DNA of 64,000 nucleotides, taken from the NCBI RefSeq assembly GCF_001194135.2, contig NC_068991.1:36914444-36978443 (forward strand). Reading direction: 5' to 3'. The translations under genes were made by a program, and so were the position numbers. Positions 36,961-48,484 of this stretch are shown here, piece after piece. The DNA is from Octopus bimaculoides. Taxonomy: Eukaryota. Below the pieces are notes generated by a model that worked only from the letters and a program-made list of their open reading frames with translations, did not search any database and was not told where the DNA came from. The stretch's first letter is position 1. Every line of letters begins with the position of its first letter.

Positions 36961-37687
36961 ATGATGATCATGATAACGATGATTATGATGATGACGATGA
37001 CGATGACGATGACGATTGATGACGACGATGATGATGACAACGACGACGACAACGATGTTGATGATTTTTGACAATTGTACATTAGAGGCTTTTATTTTTG
37101 TAGGGAACTTGACTGCTACATCATGTGATCGATCCCGGTGGAAATAAGAATAAAAGATAACCTCATCTAAACACACACAATAGAAAAAGAACATTTAATG
37201 TGCTGGTGATGTAAACCATTTGGGGCTTAAATGGTCGCATCTCAATTTTACTTATCCGGATTGTTATTTTATTTTCACGCCATAAACGATATGCTTAGGC
37301 TCCTCTGATAGACTCCCATTCTAAAATTTTCTCTAAGTTGATTGATTAATTCACAAATTTGTGGTCTGGGTAGTCTTCTAGCCAACATTCTAGACATTCT
37401 GCTTTCTTCCTTTTATGTAGTACAACCCAGATGAGCTATTCTAATTTGTCCAAGACCGCACATATATCCGAGAAAGCCTTTCGATATTTGCCAAATAATT
37501 GCCGGTTTCAACAGATTTATGAAAGCCATTTCACTCTGCTATTCTCACACAATTTTAGAGTGTATGTATTATAACATTCTAACTCCTTCACTGATATCTA
37601 TCTGTCATTCTATCTATCTCTCTATTTTATGAATATATGTATGTATGTATGTATGTATGTACGCATGCATGCATGTATGCCTGTGTC

Positions 37688-37731
<44 letters not shown>

Positions 37732-37853
37732 NNNNNNNNNNNNNNNNNNNNNNNNNNNNNNNNNNNNNNNNNNNNNNNNNNNNNNNNNNNNNNNNNNNNN
37801 NNNNNNNNNNNNNNNNNNNNNNNNNNNNNNNNNNNNNNCATATATATATATAT

Positions 37854-37889
<36 letters not shown>

Positions 37890-38289
37890 GGCATCCACCA
37901 TGTGTTTAAACAGCAGAGGAGATATCGTTTTCAGCAAGAGATTAAATAAAATTTGCAGCGCACTGTAGATCTGTTGTTCTGCTGATATGAATGAATGCTA
38001 CAGCAAAGGTCTGTGACAAAGAAAACATCAATATTCACATGTTATAAAACTCCGATAAAACCTTAATTTAACTGGTATTTAGTGACGTTGATGCGTTATT
38101 GTTGTTGTTTAGGCCAGGGTCAGCATATCATTATAATTATTTTAAACAGCTTTTATAATTGGCTGGCTACATTTTTTCAACCAGACCAGTCACTAGTTTA
38201 CTGCATTTTTCTTGATAGCGTGATCAAGTAATATGTTTCGAGCAATTGAACCCTTACCGACGATACTGACGAAAGATGCATCATCATCA

Positions 38290-38452
38290 TCATGACTATG
38301 ATGCTCCTCCAACACATGACTATGATGCTCCTCCACTACTTCTGCTCGTGATCAGAGATGCACATATCGTCAGCCATCAAGGGACATGCTCAACTGGTTA
38401 CGGTCAAGCAACTGACAAGCAAATCTGTGGTACAGAGCAGAATATTTGTTAG
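38290..38452 (+). repeat. Partial copy of the ~550-bp dispersed element at 39375-39925
   Basis: CATGACTATGATGCTCC...GATCAGAGATGCACAT...GGGACATGCTCAACTGGTT...CAGAATATTTG; begins with a 24-bp tandem duplication. Confidence 0.85.
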
Positions 38453-38920
38453 GTCAGATACATTCTTCTTTGGTAGAGCTTTCATTGACTTCCTCGAGTT
38501 TCAGTTGAAAAGGAAACTGAGAGTGGAGGGGGAAGTGCTGTTCGCGAGTCAGTTTATTGAAAGGTGGGTGAAGGTTGCGAAAATGGCAAGAGTGGATGGT
38601 ACCTCTCAAAGTGTAGATCTGTGAGTCGGAGAGAAGGAATTAGAGAGGACACTTGCTCCTGGAGTTTCAGGGAAATATTGGAAAGTGGGGTTCCTCGATC
38701 ATCCCTAGAGGCCTTCCTGTATCAGGAGAGCCACATTTCTATCATCTTCCCCGCCATTTTTTAAAACCTTTGTATGGTATGCATATGTCCCTTCTTTTTC
38801 GGTGGATACCATGTATACTAACTTTTTATTATCATTTCATTATTATATGTAAACCCCTACACTTTATGTCTGTCTTTGTATTGTCACCCTCATCTTTCGC
38901 CCTCGTGGCAAATAAATGAA

Positions 38921-38925
<5 letters not shown>
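38453..38925 (+). mobile_element. 3' end of an L1/Tx1-like LINE (ORF2 C-terminus, 3' UTR, AATAAA, ATT tail)
   Basis: FIDFLEFQLKRKLRVEGEVLFASQFIERWVKVAKMARVDG...*; AATAAA at 38910-38915 directly before (ATT)n. Clade assignment is inferred. Confidence 0.55.
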
Positions 38926-38970
<45 letters not shown>

Positions 38971-38994
38971 TATCATTGTTATTATTATTATTAT

Positions 38995-39365
38995 TGCCTT
39001 TGCACAGCTTCTAACGCTTGAGTTGTACTACGGTGTCAGCTGTTCATAACCAGTTTGTTTCCTTTCTCAATTAACACTATGGTTGGCTTCTATTCTCTAT
39101 CTCATTGTTGCACTGAATCATAAAATCCCATAGGATCTTTGCATTATTATTTTTGATGATGCCTTCGGGTTTGTGGTCGTACCAATTTTTTGCTCTCTCA
39201 AGTCCATAATTATTGTAAAGTCTCCAATGGACAAGCCTTGTTATATTGTCGTGGCGTCTCTTATATTCCTTCTGGGTTAGTGGCGTACATTGGCTGGTAA
39301 TATGCCATACGGTTTCACCGTTTTATCCAGTTCCTGCACTTATCACTTTCTGATGTGTTGTCTAT
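38995..39365 (-). mobile_element. R4/Dong-type RLE LINE fragment with internal deletion
   Basis: Minus strand SDKCRN..., NNNAKILWDFMIQCNNEIE..., joined to a 3' tail shared with 39965-40030; flanked by (ATT)n. Confidence 0.75.
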
Positions 39366-39374
39366 TATTATTAT

Positions 39375-39925
39375 TAATGAGTGAGAGAGCAGGGCATGCC
39401 ATAAAAGTGACACTGGAGTAAAATATACGAAGCCCAATATATCCATTATTACTACCCGTCTGATAAGGGTACACTAGGCACATGCATCACAACCATATGT
39501 GCGCGACATGGTGATCTAATATCAAGATTAACAGCGCATGACCTCACAGGTGGGGCCCAGTTAGAATTTTCTTCAGGTCGGGTAGCCCATCTCGCTCAAA
39601 AGGTCATTGAATAAGGTTTGTTTAAGGATGTTGAGCAAAACACCCATGTTTCCAAAGGTGAATTATTCAAACTCCAAAGAATTCCTCTCAACACATGGCT
39701 ATGATGCACCCCCACTATTTCTGCTCATGATCAGAGATGCACATGTCAGCCACCAAGGGACATGCTCAACTGGTTAAGGTCAAACAACTGACAAGCAAAT
39801 CTTTGGTATTAAGCAGAATATTTGCTGTAGCCCATCTTTTATACCAAGACAAAACAACGTACATGATAACACTTCCAATCAATTAAGATCAGAAGCCATG
39901 AGAGCCACTGCCTGGTACTGCATCC
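39375..39925. mobile_element. ~550-bp non-coding dispersed element inserted between (ATT)n tracts
   Basis: Second partial copy at 38290-38452; ATT repeats on both sides; no ORF. Confidence 0.7.
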
Positions 39926-39927
39926 GA

Positions 39928-39964
<37 letters not shown>

Positions 39965-39968
<4 letters not shown>

Positions 39969-40115
39969 TATCGTTACACAGCTTCTAACGCTGGAGATGT
40001 ACTACGGTGCCAGCTGTTCACTATCAGTGAACTAAGGTAACACCCATTATTTTTTCGAGCATCATTCGGGGTATTCGAGCGGTTCCAAGCAATGCTGTTT
40101 TTTGCAAGTGCATCA
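39965..40115 (-). mobile_element. Extreme 3' end of an R4/Dong-type RLE LINE
   Basis: Minus strand LQKTALLGTARIPRMML plus 3' UTR; (ATT)n on both sides. Confidence 0.8.
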
Positions 40116-40137
40116 TTATTATTATTATTATTATTAC

Positions 40138-40180
<43 letters not shown>

Positions 40181-40425
40181 GTGAGGGCGCATAGCTTAGT
40201 GATTTCAATTCCTGGACCTGCTGGTGCGTTGTGTTCTTGAGCGAAACACTTCATTTCGCGTTGCTCTGCGATCACTCCGATGCCTGACGCGTGGTATACA
40301 ATGCACCTGTTGAGACAACGTTGATTTGATGGAGAGGGTGAGCTAATGTGCAGCACAAACATTTGTGTGCAGGTCGTTCGGCAAAAGTTGAACGCTCATA
40401 CATCGTGTTCGACAGGAGAGTCCAT
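40181..40425 (+). mobile_element. SINE family B-related (CORE-like) copy
   Basis: GTGAGGGCGCATAGCTTAGTG...GTTCTTGAGCGAAACACTTCATTTCGCGTTGCTC. Confidence 0.7.
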
Positions 40426-40435
40426 CATTATTATT

Positions 40436-40651
40436 AAGACATCAAGCTGGCAGAATCGTTAGCACGCTGGACGAAATGCTTAGCAGTATTTCATTCATCA
40501 CTACGTTCTGAGTTCAAATTCTCCTGAGGTTCACTTTGCCTTTCATCCTTCCGGGGTCGATGAAACAAGTACCAGTTGAGCACTGGGGGTCGATGTAATC
40601 GACTAGTCCCACTCCCACCAAATTTCAGGCCTTGTGCCTATAGTAGAACGG

Positions 40652-40655
<4 letters not shown>
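40436..40655 (+). mobile_element. SINE family A, full length with long (ATT)n tail to ~40760
   Basis: Consensus match. Confidence 0.92.
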
Positions 40656-40714
<59 letters not shown>

Positions 40715-40769
40715 GTTATTATTATCATCATCATCATTTTTATCATCATCATTATTATTTGACCTTTCT

Positions 40770-41310
40770 TACGGCTTTACATTCTGAGTTCAAATGCCGC
40801 CGAAGTCGACTTTGCCTTTCATTCTTCCAAGGTCGATGAAAACTAAATGCCAATTGAGAACTGGGATCGATGAAATCGATTACTTTGCTTCCCCCAAACT
40901 TCAAGCTTTGTGCTTATAATAGAGAGATTATCATTTTATCTATTTTCCAAAGGCCACAGACCTTAGAGCATCGGGAAAGAAAGAACACTTTGCAGTATTT
41001 CTTCAGACTCTTTATGAGTTCAAACCCCAGCGATGTCCTCCTTCCGGAATTGGTAAAATAAAGTACCAGTCATGTACTGGGATCGATTGTATCAACTAAC
41101 ACTCCTACACAAACCTTTTGATATCAAGCCTATATAAGGAACCATTTAAAGGGGCAAAGAGCTGGCAGAATAGTTAGAGCGTCGGCTAATATGCTTTGCT
41201 GTTTTGTGCATCGTTTCAGGGTCGATGAAAAAAGTACCAGTTTAATGTTGGGGTTCATTTAAGCGTCTTTGCTCTAAATTACTGGCATTGCGCCTAAATC
41301 AGAAACAAGT
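40770..41310 (+). mobile_element. Three consecutive diverged or partial SINE family A copies (40770-40935, 41010-41140, 41155-41310)
   Basis: Each carries GGTCGAT(G/A)AAA..AGTACCAG or GTCGACTTTGCCTTTCA blocks. Confidence 0.7.
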
Positions 41311-41779
41311 GTTACTTCCTACTTCCAGCTGAGCAGGTTTCCTTCCGTAGCTACTAGTTCGTTTTTTAATGGCGGTGTCGGAGATTGCAGACTTCATCAT
41401 CATCACCATCACCATCATCACCACCACCAACAATATCAACAACTATACATCAGCAGAACTACCAGCGCCACTTCCATTCGCCAAAACAATTTCGTAAACA
41501 ATTTTTTTATTCCTTTCCATTTAGGTTAATCAATATAAAAAAAAAGAGAGAGAGAGATTATGTTCTTATTGAGAGTTTTGACTATTTTCTTTTAATATTT
41601 TGTTGTCTATGATGCATACTTTGTTTATATTTCAATATTCTTCACGTTGTTCATGTTGTTGTTGCTGCTTTTGCTGTTGCTTGGGTTGTTTATGCTAGCG
41701 ATGTTGTTTTTGCTGTAGTTGCCTATGTCATCTGTTATTGTTGTTGTCTTTGTTTTTGTTGTTGCTTAGCAATATTGTG

Positions 41780-42065
41780 GCAGACCTACGATCAAAGTTT
41801 TCCAGTCTTGAGTAGAAGCACGTGGTCCAGTGTGCCCTGCTTCTCTTTAAGGCAGTAGCGTGTGATCTGAAGGAAATTCATGGGTTATTTCTTGCAGGAA
41901 GATACATTGGGTGTTCCTTCGTTGACTTGTTGTTGTTGAACTCCGGGGCCGCCTTGATACAGTAGACCAATTATCAAATGCATTGCATATGACCATATCG
42001 TCTGATTTGTTCTTTTTAGATATTTGGATATGATTTGAAGAAATTTTGCTACTATTTTAGCAAAA
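41780..42065 (+). repeat. Dispersed repeat family D, two diverged partial units
   Basis: GCAGACCTACGATCAAAG...GTGTGATCTGAAGGAAATT, and GATATGATTTGAAGAAATTTTGCTACTATTTTAGCA. Confidence 0.5.
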
Positions 42066-42227
42066 TGGAAAACAACGAAGAGCCTCCTTCGTTGTTCGTA
42101 TTAATAGCTCTTACAGTATTATTGTTGTTGTTACTGTGGTGGAACTACATTATTGTTGTTATTATTGTTTCAGTTGGATTAATTCTTAATCTATGCCGCA
42201 ATCATTTTTTTGTTATTACTGATATAG

Positions 42228-42436
42228 GGAAGACGGTGAACTGGCAGAATCTTTAGCGTCCCGGGTACAAAGCTTAGCAGCATCTTCTTGTTCTGTGTTC
42301 AAATTTCACCGAGGTTGACTTTGCCTTTTGTCCTTTCGGATTCGATAAAATGAGTACCAGTTGAGCACTGGGGTCGACGTAATCGACTTACCTCTCCCAC
42401 AAAATTGCTGGCATTGTGCCAAAATTTGAAACCATT
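42228..42436 (+). mobile_element. SINE family A
   Basis: Consensus match. Confidence 0.9.
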
Positions 42437-42629
42437 ATTGACATAGGGACATGCGCTGGTGTGGGTGGGGGAATATAGTTGATTGGTAATCATTTTAACC
42501 AATCCGGAATGCTAAAAGGCAATAAAGTCAACATAGATAGAGTTTGGACTTAGAGCGTAAAGAGGTGTATCATTTTGTCTGGTGCGTTAAAACTTTTATC
42601 CAATCCCCGCCTTCAATTATATTAATTTT

Positions 42630-43015
42630 TTAAAATTTTGTCACAAAGTCAGCGATTTTAGCGGTAGGAGTCAAGTAGATTACAAGTACCCCAATACCTG
42701 ACTGGTACTTTATTTTATCGCCTGCAAAAGGATGAAAGATAAAGTTAACAACGGCGGGTTTTTTTAAAATCAGAACGTAAAGAGCCGGAAGATACATCGC
42801 TAATAATAATTCTTCCTGCATTAGGCATAAAGCCTGAAATTTCGTGATAGGGGGCTAGTCGATTACATCGACCCCCAATTCTCAACCGGTGCTTATTTTA
42901 TTCACCTCGAAAGGGTGAAAGGCAAGACCTCAGCAGCATTTGAACTCAGAACATAATGAGTCAGAAGAAATGCTGCTAAGCATTTTGTCCGACGCCATCA
43001 CGATTCTGCCAACAG
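42630..43015 (-). mobile_element. Two tandem minus-strand SINE family A copies (42630-42795, 42800-43015)
   Basis: Consensus match, reverse strand. Confidence 0.85.
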
Positions 43016-43029
43016 TCCTTCCCTTGTCC

Positions 43030-43262
43030 ACAGGCTCTTAAGGCCGGTTTTCCTGATTCTGTGGCGTATATATATATTACCTCTCTGGATGAGACGCCGG
43101 TGCGTTGTAGGATTACTCATCTTTGCCAGCTGAGTGAACTGGGGAAACGTGAAACGTAGTATTTTGCTCAAGAAAACAACGCATCGCTCGGTCCAGGGAC
43201 CGAAAGCACAATCTTAAAATAATGAGTGCAACAATTTAACCACTAAGACACGTACCTCCACT
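43030..43262 (-). mobile_element. SINE family B (CORE-like)
   Basis: ACTCATCTTTGCCAGCTGAGTGAACTGG...TTTTGCTCAAGAAAACAACGC. Confidence 0.82.
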
Positions 43263-43272
43263 AAATAGCACC

Positions 43273-43574
43273 GAGAGATGTGACAGGGTGACGCCGTAGT
43301 AGATGTTCTAGACCACGACCATGTTGTCTTCTGTACTAGACCACGACCATATTCTTTTCTACTCTAGGCACAAGGCCCGAAATTTTGGGGGAGGGGCCAG
43401 TCGATTGGATCGACCCCAGTACACAACTGGTACATAATTTATCGACCCCGAAAGGGTGAAAGGCAAAGTCGACCTCGGCGGGTACTACACCACGACCATA
43501 TTGCCTACTCTGTACTAGATCACGACCATGTTGCTTACACCATCCTACTACGACGTCACCCTGTCACATCTCTC
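43273..43574. mobile_element. Small element with 33-34 bp terminal inverted repeats and internal ~25-30 bp direct repeats, interrupted by a SINE
   Basis: GAGAGATGTGACAGGGTGACGCCGTAGTAGATG (43273-43305) versus CATCCTACTACGACGTCACCCTGTCACATCTCTC (43541-43574); five CTAGACCACGACCAT-type units. Confidence 0.7.
43354..43481 (-). mobile_element. 5'-truncated SINE family A with 21-bp TSD
   Basis: Flanked by GTACTAGACCACGACCATATT (43333-43353) and GTACTACACCACGACCATATT (43482-43502). Confidence 0.88.
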
Positions 43575-43639
43575 TGTACTAGACCACGACACATGTTGCC
43601 AGAGATACACGAATATCTTTTACTCCACTAAATAATCTT

Positions 43640-43850
43640 TCTTTGTTTTGGTACAAAGCCAGCAATTTTGAGGGGCAGGGAAATCGATTACATCGATTCC
43701 AGTGCTTGACCGGTATCTATTTTATTGACCCCGAAAGGATGAAAGCCAGAGTCGACATCAGTGATATTCAAACTCCGATCGTAAGGAGCTGGAAGAAATA
43801 CCGCAAAGCATTTTGTCCGTGTGATAACGATTCTGCCAGCTTGCACCTTG
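43640..43850 (-). mobile_element. SINE family A
   Basis: Consensus match, reverse strand. Confidence 0.87.
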
Positions 43851-44221
43851 CCTTCAATAACAATAATTATTATTGTAATGACTAAGGCAGNNNNNNNNNN
43901 NNNNNNNNNNNNNNNNNNNNNNNNNNNNNNNNNNNNNNNNNNNNNNNNNNNNNNNNNNNNNNNNNNNNNNNNNNNNNNNNNNNNNNNNNNNNNNNNNNNN
44001 NNNNNNNNNNNNNNNNNNNNNNNNNNNNNNNNNNNNNNNNNNNNNNNNNNNNNNNNNNNNNNNNNNNNNNNNNNNNNNNNNNNNNNNNNNNNNNNNNNNN
44101 NNNNNNNNNNNNNNNNNNNNNNNNNNNNNNNNNNNNNNNNNNNNNNNNNNNNNNNNNNNNNNNNNNNNNNNNNNNNNNNNNNNNNNNNNNNNNNNNNNNN
44201 NNNNNNNNNNNNNNNNNNNNN

Positions 44222-44350
44222 AATTTCTCCGAGGTCGACTATGCCTTTCATCCTATTGGTGTCGATGTGTACATTTAAGTACTGGAATAGATGTAATCAA
44301 CTAGCCCCTCTCTCAAATTTCAGGCCTTGTGCTTATTGTAGAAAGGATTA
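44222..44350 (+). mobile_element. SINE family A, 3' half (5' part in N-gap)
   Basis: GAGGTCGACTATGCCTTTCATCC...GAAAGGATTA. Confidence 0.85.
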
Positions 44351-44389
44351 ATATTATAATGACAGTAAGAGCAGCAGAAACAATAATAA

Positions 44390-44575
44390 TAATAATCCTT
44401 CTATAGGCTTGAAATTTGGTGGAGGGGACTAGTCGATTACATCGACTCCAGTGTTTCCCTGGTACTTAATTTATCGACACTGAAAGGATGAAAAGCAAAG
44501 TCGACCTCGGCGGAATTTGAGCTCAGAACGCAGCGACGAGCGAAATACCGCTAAGTGTTTCGTACCACAGCCAAC
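44390..44575 (-). mobile_element. SINE family A
   Basis: Consensus match, reverse strand. Confidence 0.88.
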
Positions 44576-45218
44576 AATAGCTAAAAAAAAAAGCAAAAAA
44601 CTCTCCTCTTAAACAGTATCATTTGCTCAAATAATAGGGTCATGGAAAAGATTCCTTGAAGAATCGAAAGCCGAGTGCAGAAAAATGCACAGAATGAATA
44701 TCGTGGGACCAGGCATGATATCTCGTCTGGAGCAACAGTTGCACGGCGCTGAAGACCGGCCAACCGGAAGCTTGGGTAAGACATCAAAGAACTCACCAAC
44801 TACCCACCCTTGCCCAACCACATTGTCAAACTCATGTTGAGGATAAAGTACTAGTCAAATCCTGGGACAGATATAATCGGTTAACCCCTCCCCTCAATTT
44901 TCTGGCTTTATTCAATTGACAGTGGATAAACAGAACGAAATGCATTGCGGTATTTGTTTCGGTATTTGTTTCGTATCGAGGATATAATACCGTATTTCCT
45001 GTTTGTAACGTATGTAACGAAAGGAGTGAAAGGAGTTATTTCCCTGTGATTGTTTAAGAGGAAGACAAAGGAGGTAGAGGAGGAGGCGGGTGGGAAACAG
45101 GCGGAGAGAGGGAGAGAAATAGCAGAAAACTGAAATAAGAGAATAAAAAACGGAATCTAAGCAGAAAAAGGGAACGAATTAAGAACAAATGCTTTAATTC
45201 CTATTTTCTTTCATTTCA

Positions 45219-45297
45219 GGTGTCTTCTGCTATAGCCTCGGGTCGACCAAAGCCTTGTGAGTGAATTTGGTAGACGGAAACTGAAAGAAGCCCGTCG

Positions 45298-45320
<23 letters not shown>
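45219..45320 (+). mobile_element. SINE family C fragment
   Basis: GGTGTCTTCTGCTATAGCCTCGGGTCGACCAAAGCCTTGTGAGTGAATTTGGTAGACGGAAACTGAAAGAAGCCCGTCG. Confidence 0.88.
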
Positions 45321-45344
<24 letters not shown>

Positions 45345-46504
45345 NNNNNNNNNNNNNNNNNNNNNNNNNNNNNNNNNNNNNNNNNNNNNNNNNNNNNNNN
45401 NNNNNNNNNNNNNNNNNNNNNNNNNNNNNNNNNNNNNNNNNNNNNNNNNNNNNNNNNNNNNNNNNNNNNNNNNNNNNNNNNNNNNNNNNNNNNNNNNNNN
45501 NNNNNNNNNNNNNNNNNNNNNNNNNNNNNNNNNNNNNNNNNNNNNNNNNNNNNNNNNNNNNNNNNNNNNNNNNNNNNNNNNNNNNNNNNNNNNNNNNNNN
45601 NNNNNNNNNNNNNNNNNNNNNNNNNNNNNNNNNNNNNNNNNNNNNNNNNNNNNNNNNNNNNNNNNNNNNNNNNNNNNNNNNNNNNNNNNNNNNNNNNNNN
45701 NNNNNNNNNNNNNNNNNNNNNNNNNNNNNNNNNNNNNNNNNNNNNNNNNNNNNNNNNNNNNNNNNNNNNNNNNNNNNNNNNNNNNNNNNNNNNNNNNNNN
45801 NNNNNNNNNNNNNNNNNNNNNNNNNNNNNNNNNNNNNNNNNNNNNNNNNNNNNNNNNNNNNNNNNNNNNNNNNNNNNNNNNNNNNNNNNNNNNNNNNNNN
45901 NNNNNNNNNNNNNNNNNNNNNNNNNNNNNNNNNNNNNNNNNNNNNNNNNNNNNNNNNNNNNNNNNNNNNNNNNNNNNNNNNNNNNNNNNNNNNNNNNNTG
46001 TGTGTGTGTGTGTGTGTGTGTGTTCGTTTGTTTTTGAATTTATGTGTGTCCTTGCATATGTATGGATATGTGTGTGGCATACATATGTATATGACATGTC
46101 TGAGCGTGTGTGTATATACCCGTTCACGAACCTTCTCTTTCTATTGGGTAGGTACTTATTTCTTGTATTCCTGTTCACAACAGTCTGTGTATCACATGTA
46201 ACCGTCTTGACTGTGGAGATTCAACTCAGCACTGTAACAAAATACTCAGTATTTTAAGAAGTTTATGCTGCTTACAGTTACAGCGGTGAATTATAATTAT
46301 GGCGTGAGAGAAGGTTTATTTGGATTCTTTTTTTCAAAATACTGTCGTGTGATTGGAAAAAGAGAGACTGTTCACATGAAAGCCTATATCTCTCAGTAAC
46401 TTAGCAAGAAAAATACTTTGCAACTTTTACAAATGTTCCATGAAAAGTGTATTTTCATTAACACTGTCCAAACAAACGACGCTGTGATATGTTCATAAGT
46501 CACT

Positions 46505-46750
46505 TAAGGCTTTGAAATAAAGTTACCTCCTCGAGTTATACCGACTCATAAGCACCGGTTTCCCAGTTTCATAGCATATAAATTCCCCGCCGGGACGGGA
46601 CGCCGGTCCAGCGCAGGATTATTCATTTTTGCCAGCTGAGTGAACTGGAGTAACGTGAAAAGAAGTGTTTTGCTCAAGAATGCAACGCGTCGCCCGGTCC
46701 AAGAATCGAAACCACAATCTTACGATCATGAGTCTAACACCCAAACCACT
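46505..46750 (-). mobile_element. SINE family B (CORE-like)
   Basis: TCATTTTTGCCAGCTGAGTGAACTGGAG...TTTTGCTCAAGAATGCAACGCG...AACCACTAA. Confidence 0.83.
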
Positions 46751-46915
46751 AACGTTAAATAAGGTTAAAGAATCGAATCCACATCACATAATAACATTAC
46801 GCCACAGCTTTTTGACCTCAGCTCATCCTGCTCTAGTCAATATTATTCCAAAAGAAATCAAGAAAGGAAAAATCTCCATTCAAATAGTCTCTGGACAAAT
46901 TCCACCAATAAATAC

Positions 46916-46984
46916 CAGACGAACCGCCAACAACGGGATAATTTCAATAAACAGCAAATGCCTACTCGAGTAGGCTATGGTATC
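46916..46984 (-). CDS. Candidate internal exon 4 (DTIAYSSRHLLFIEIIPLLAVRL), phase 0/0
   Basis: Acceptor GTCGTGTTTTAG, donor CTG/GTATTT; open only in the phase required by the upstream exon. No homology recognised. Confidence 0.25.
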
Positions 46985-47089
46985 CTAAAACACGACTTCA
47001 AATGAAACACTAGGTAGTACAATTAAGTTAGAGACGGTGTCCAAGTTCAATACACGCACACATACACACACACATACCCTTATTCATAG

Positions 47090-47116
47090 AAATAGATAGA
47101 TAGATAGATAGATAGG

Positions 47117-47154
<38 letters not shown>

Positions 47155-47205
47155 CATACATACATACATACATACATACATACATACATACATACATACA
47201 TACAT
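47090..47205. repeat. (GATA)n-(TACA)n microsatellite
   Basis: Directly visible. Confidence 0.95.
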
Positions 47206-47390
47206 AGGCTTCTCAAAACCAGAAAGGTGAAAACTGATTGGAAGATTACAGATCCAAGCTATGACTAAACCTGTAAAAGTCTGTAAAACTTTCCAGAAGT
47301 TTATCATTTAAGTATATATGAGCATGTCTAGATATGCAACTATATGCGTGAGAAGACATACATAAAACAAAACATACAAATCTGTACATA
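47205..47390 (+). mobile_element. Short 3'-end copy of the (TACA)n-associated RLE LINE
   Basis: Matches 47695-47870 (GFSKPE..KLI.RLQIQ..KTFQKFII*); TACA tracts on both sides. Confidence 0.85.
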
Positions 47391-47432
47391 GACATACATA
47401 CATACATACATACATACATACATACATACATA

Positions 47433-48028
47433 CAGTGAAAACCTCAATAAAATGCAAACATAATAGTCCTGTCTATTTGGGACAAGGATGAGAAACAGTG
47501 TACAATTTTGGAAATAAGCTACCCTGTAGATGTTAGCATAAAACTAAAGATCAGTTAGACAGAAAATACCTACGCTGAACTATTGAGAAATCTACAGTTT
47601 CTCTATCCAGATTACAAGTTCAGGTTTATACTTGTAATTCTTGGAGCACTGGGATATGGAACACATTGCCTAAATACCAATCCTGAGAAACTAGGCTTCT
47701 CAAAACCAGAAAGGGGAAAGCTGATTCGAAGACTACAGATCCAAGCCATCACTGGAACTGTAAACATTTGTAAAACTTTCCAGAAGTTTATCATTTAAGT
47801 ATAAATGAGCATGTCTAGATATGCATGTATATGCGTGAGAAGACATACGTAAAACAAGACATACAGTCTGCACATGCACTGATTCCAAATAATGCACATA
47901 TATACGCATACATGCAAAAATACCCGATTGATGTTGCTGAAATTCATATGACGGAGCCTTGGATCTAGGTTAGAAACCGGCTCTTTCTTTATTGGCAAGA
48001 AATCTTGAAATAAGACCGAATAATGACA
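47433..48028 (+). mobile_element. 5'-truncated R4-clade-like RLE LINE ending in (TACA)n
   Basis: ...WDKDEKQCTILEISYPVDVSIKLKI...LLRNLQFLYPDYKFRFILVILGALGY...RLQIQAITGTVNICKTFQKFII* (PD-(D/E)xK-type C-terminus); TACA tracts at 47390-47432 and 48029-48140. Confidence 0.82.
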
Positions 48029-48189
48029 TACATACATTCATGCATGCATGCATACATACATACATACATACATACATACATGCATACATACATACATACA
48101 AACATACGTACATACGTACATACATACATACATACATACATGGTGGCTAGCAACTCGTAAACGAGTATGAACCATCACTGACAATTTAC

Positions 48190-48323
48190 CTTCTCCCAGA
48201 TGTTAAATATAATGGCTGACAGCAATACCCGTGCTGAAGGCAGTAACAGCATGCACAACAGCCTAAAACTCTCACCAACAAATCCAGGAACAAGATCTTC
48301 TGCGAGTGATATTTCGGAATTTC
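48190..48323 (-). CDS. Candidate internal exon 3 (G-NSEISLAEDLVPGFVGESFRLLCMLLLPSARVLLSAIIFNIWEK), phase 1/0
   Basis: Acceptor GTCTTTGTTTTAAG, donor AAG/GTAAAT; 134 nt; phase-compatible with the 53466-53520 exon. Confidence 0.42.
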
Positions 48324-48439
48324 CTTAAAACAAAGACTAGCAGTCTCTCACTCACAACTACTGAGTTCATCTGCCCTTTGACACATTTTTTTATTCCGTC
48401 CTACAGGATGTCCAATGAATACTCCTTTCCTTAGACAGA

Positions 48440-48440
48440 A

Positions 48441-48484
<44 letters not shown>

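Noticed and set aside
44590-44825. GC-richer segment resembling a LINE ORF2 fragment
   Set aside because: No diagnostic motif; family could not be assigned.
46760-46990. NUMT hypothesis (frame stays open if TGA is read as Trp)
   Set aside because: No match to any mitochondrial protein that I recognise; a nuclear exon or chance explains it equally well.
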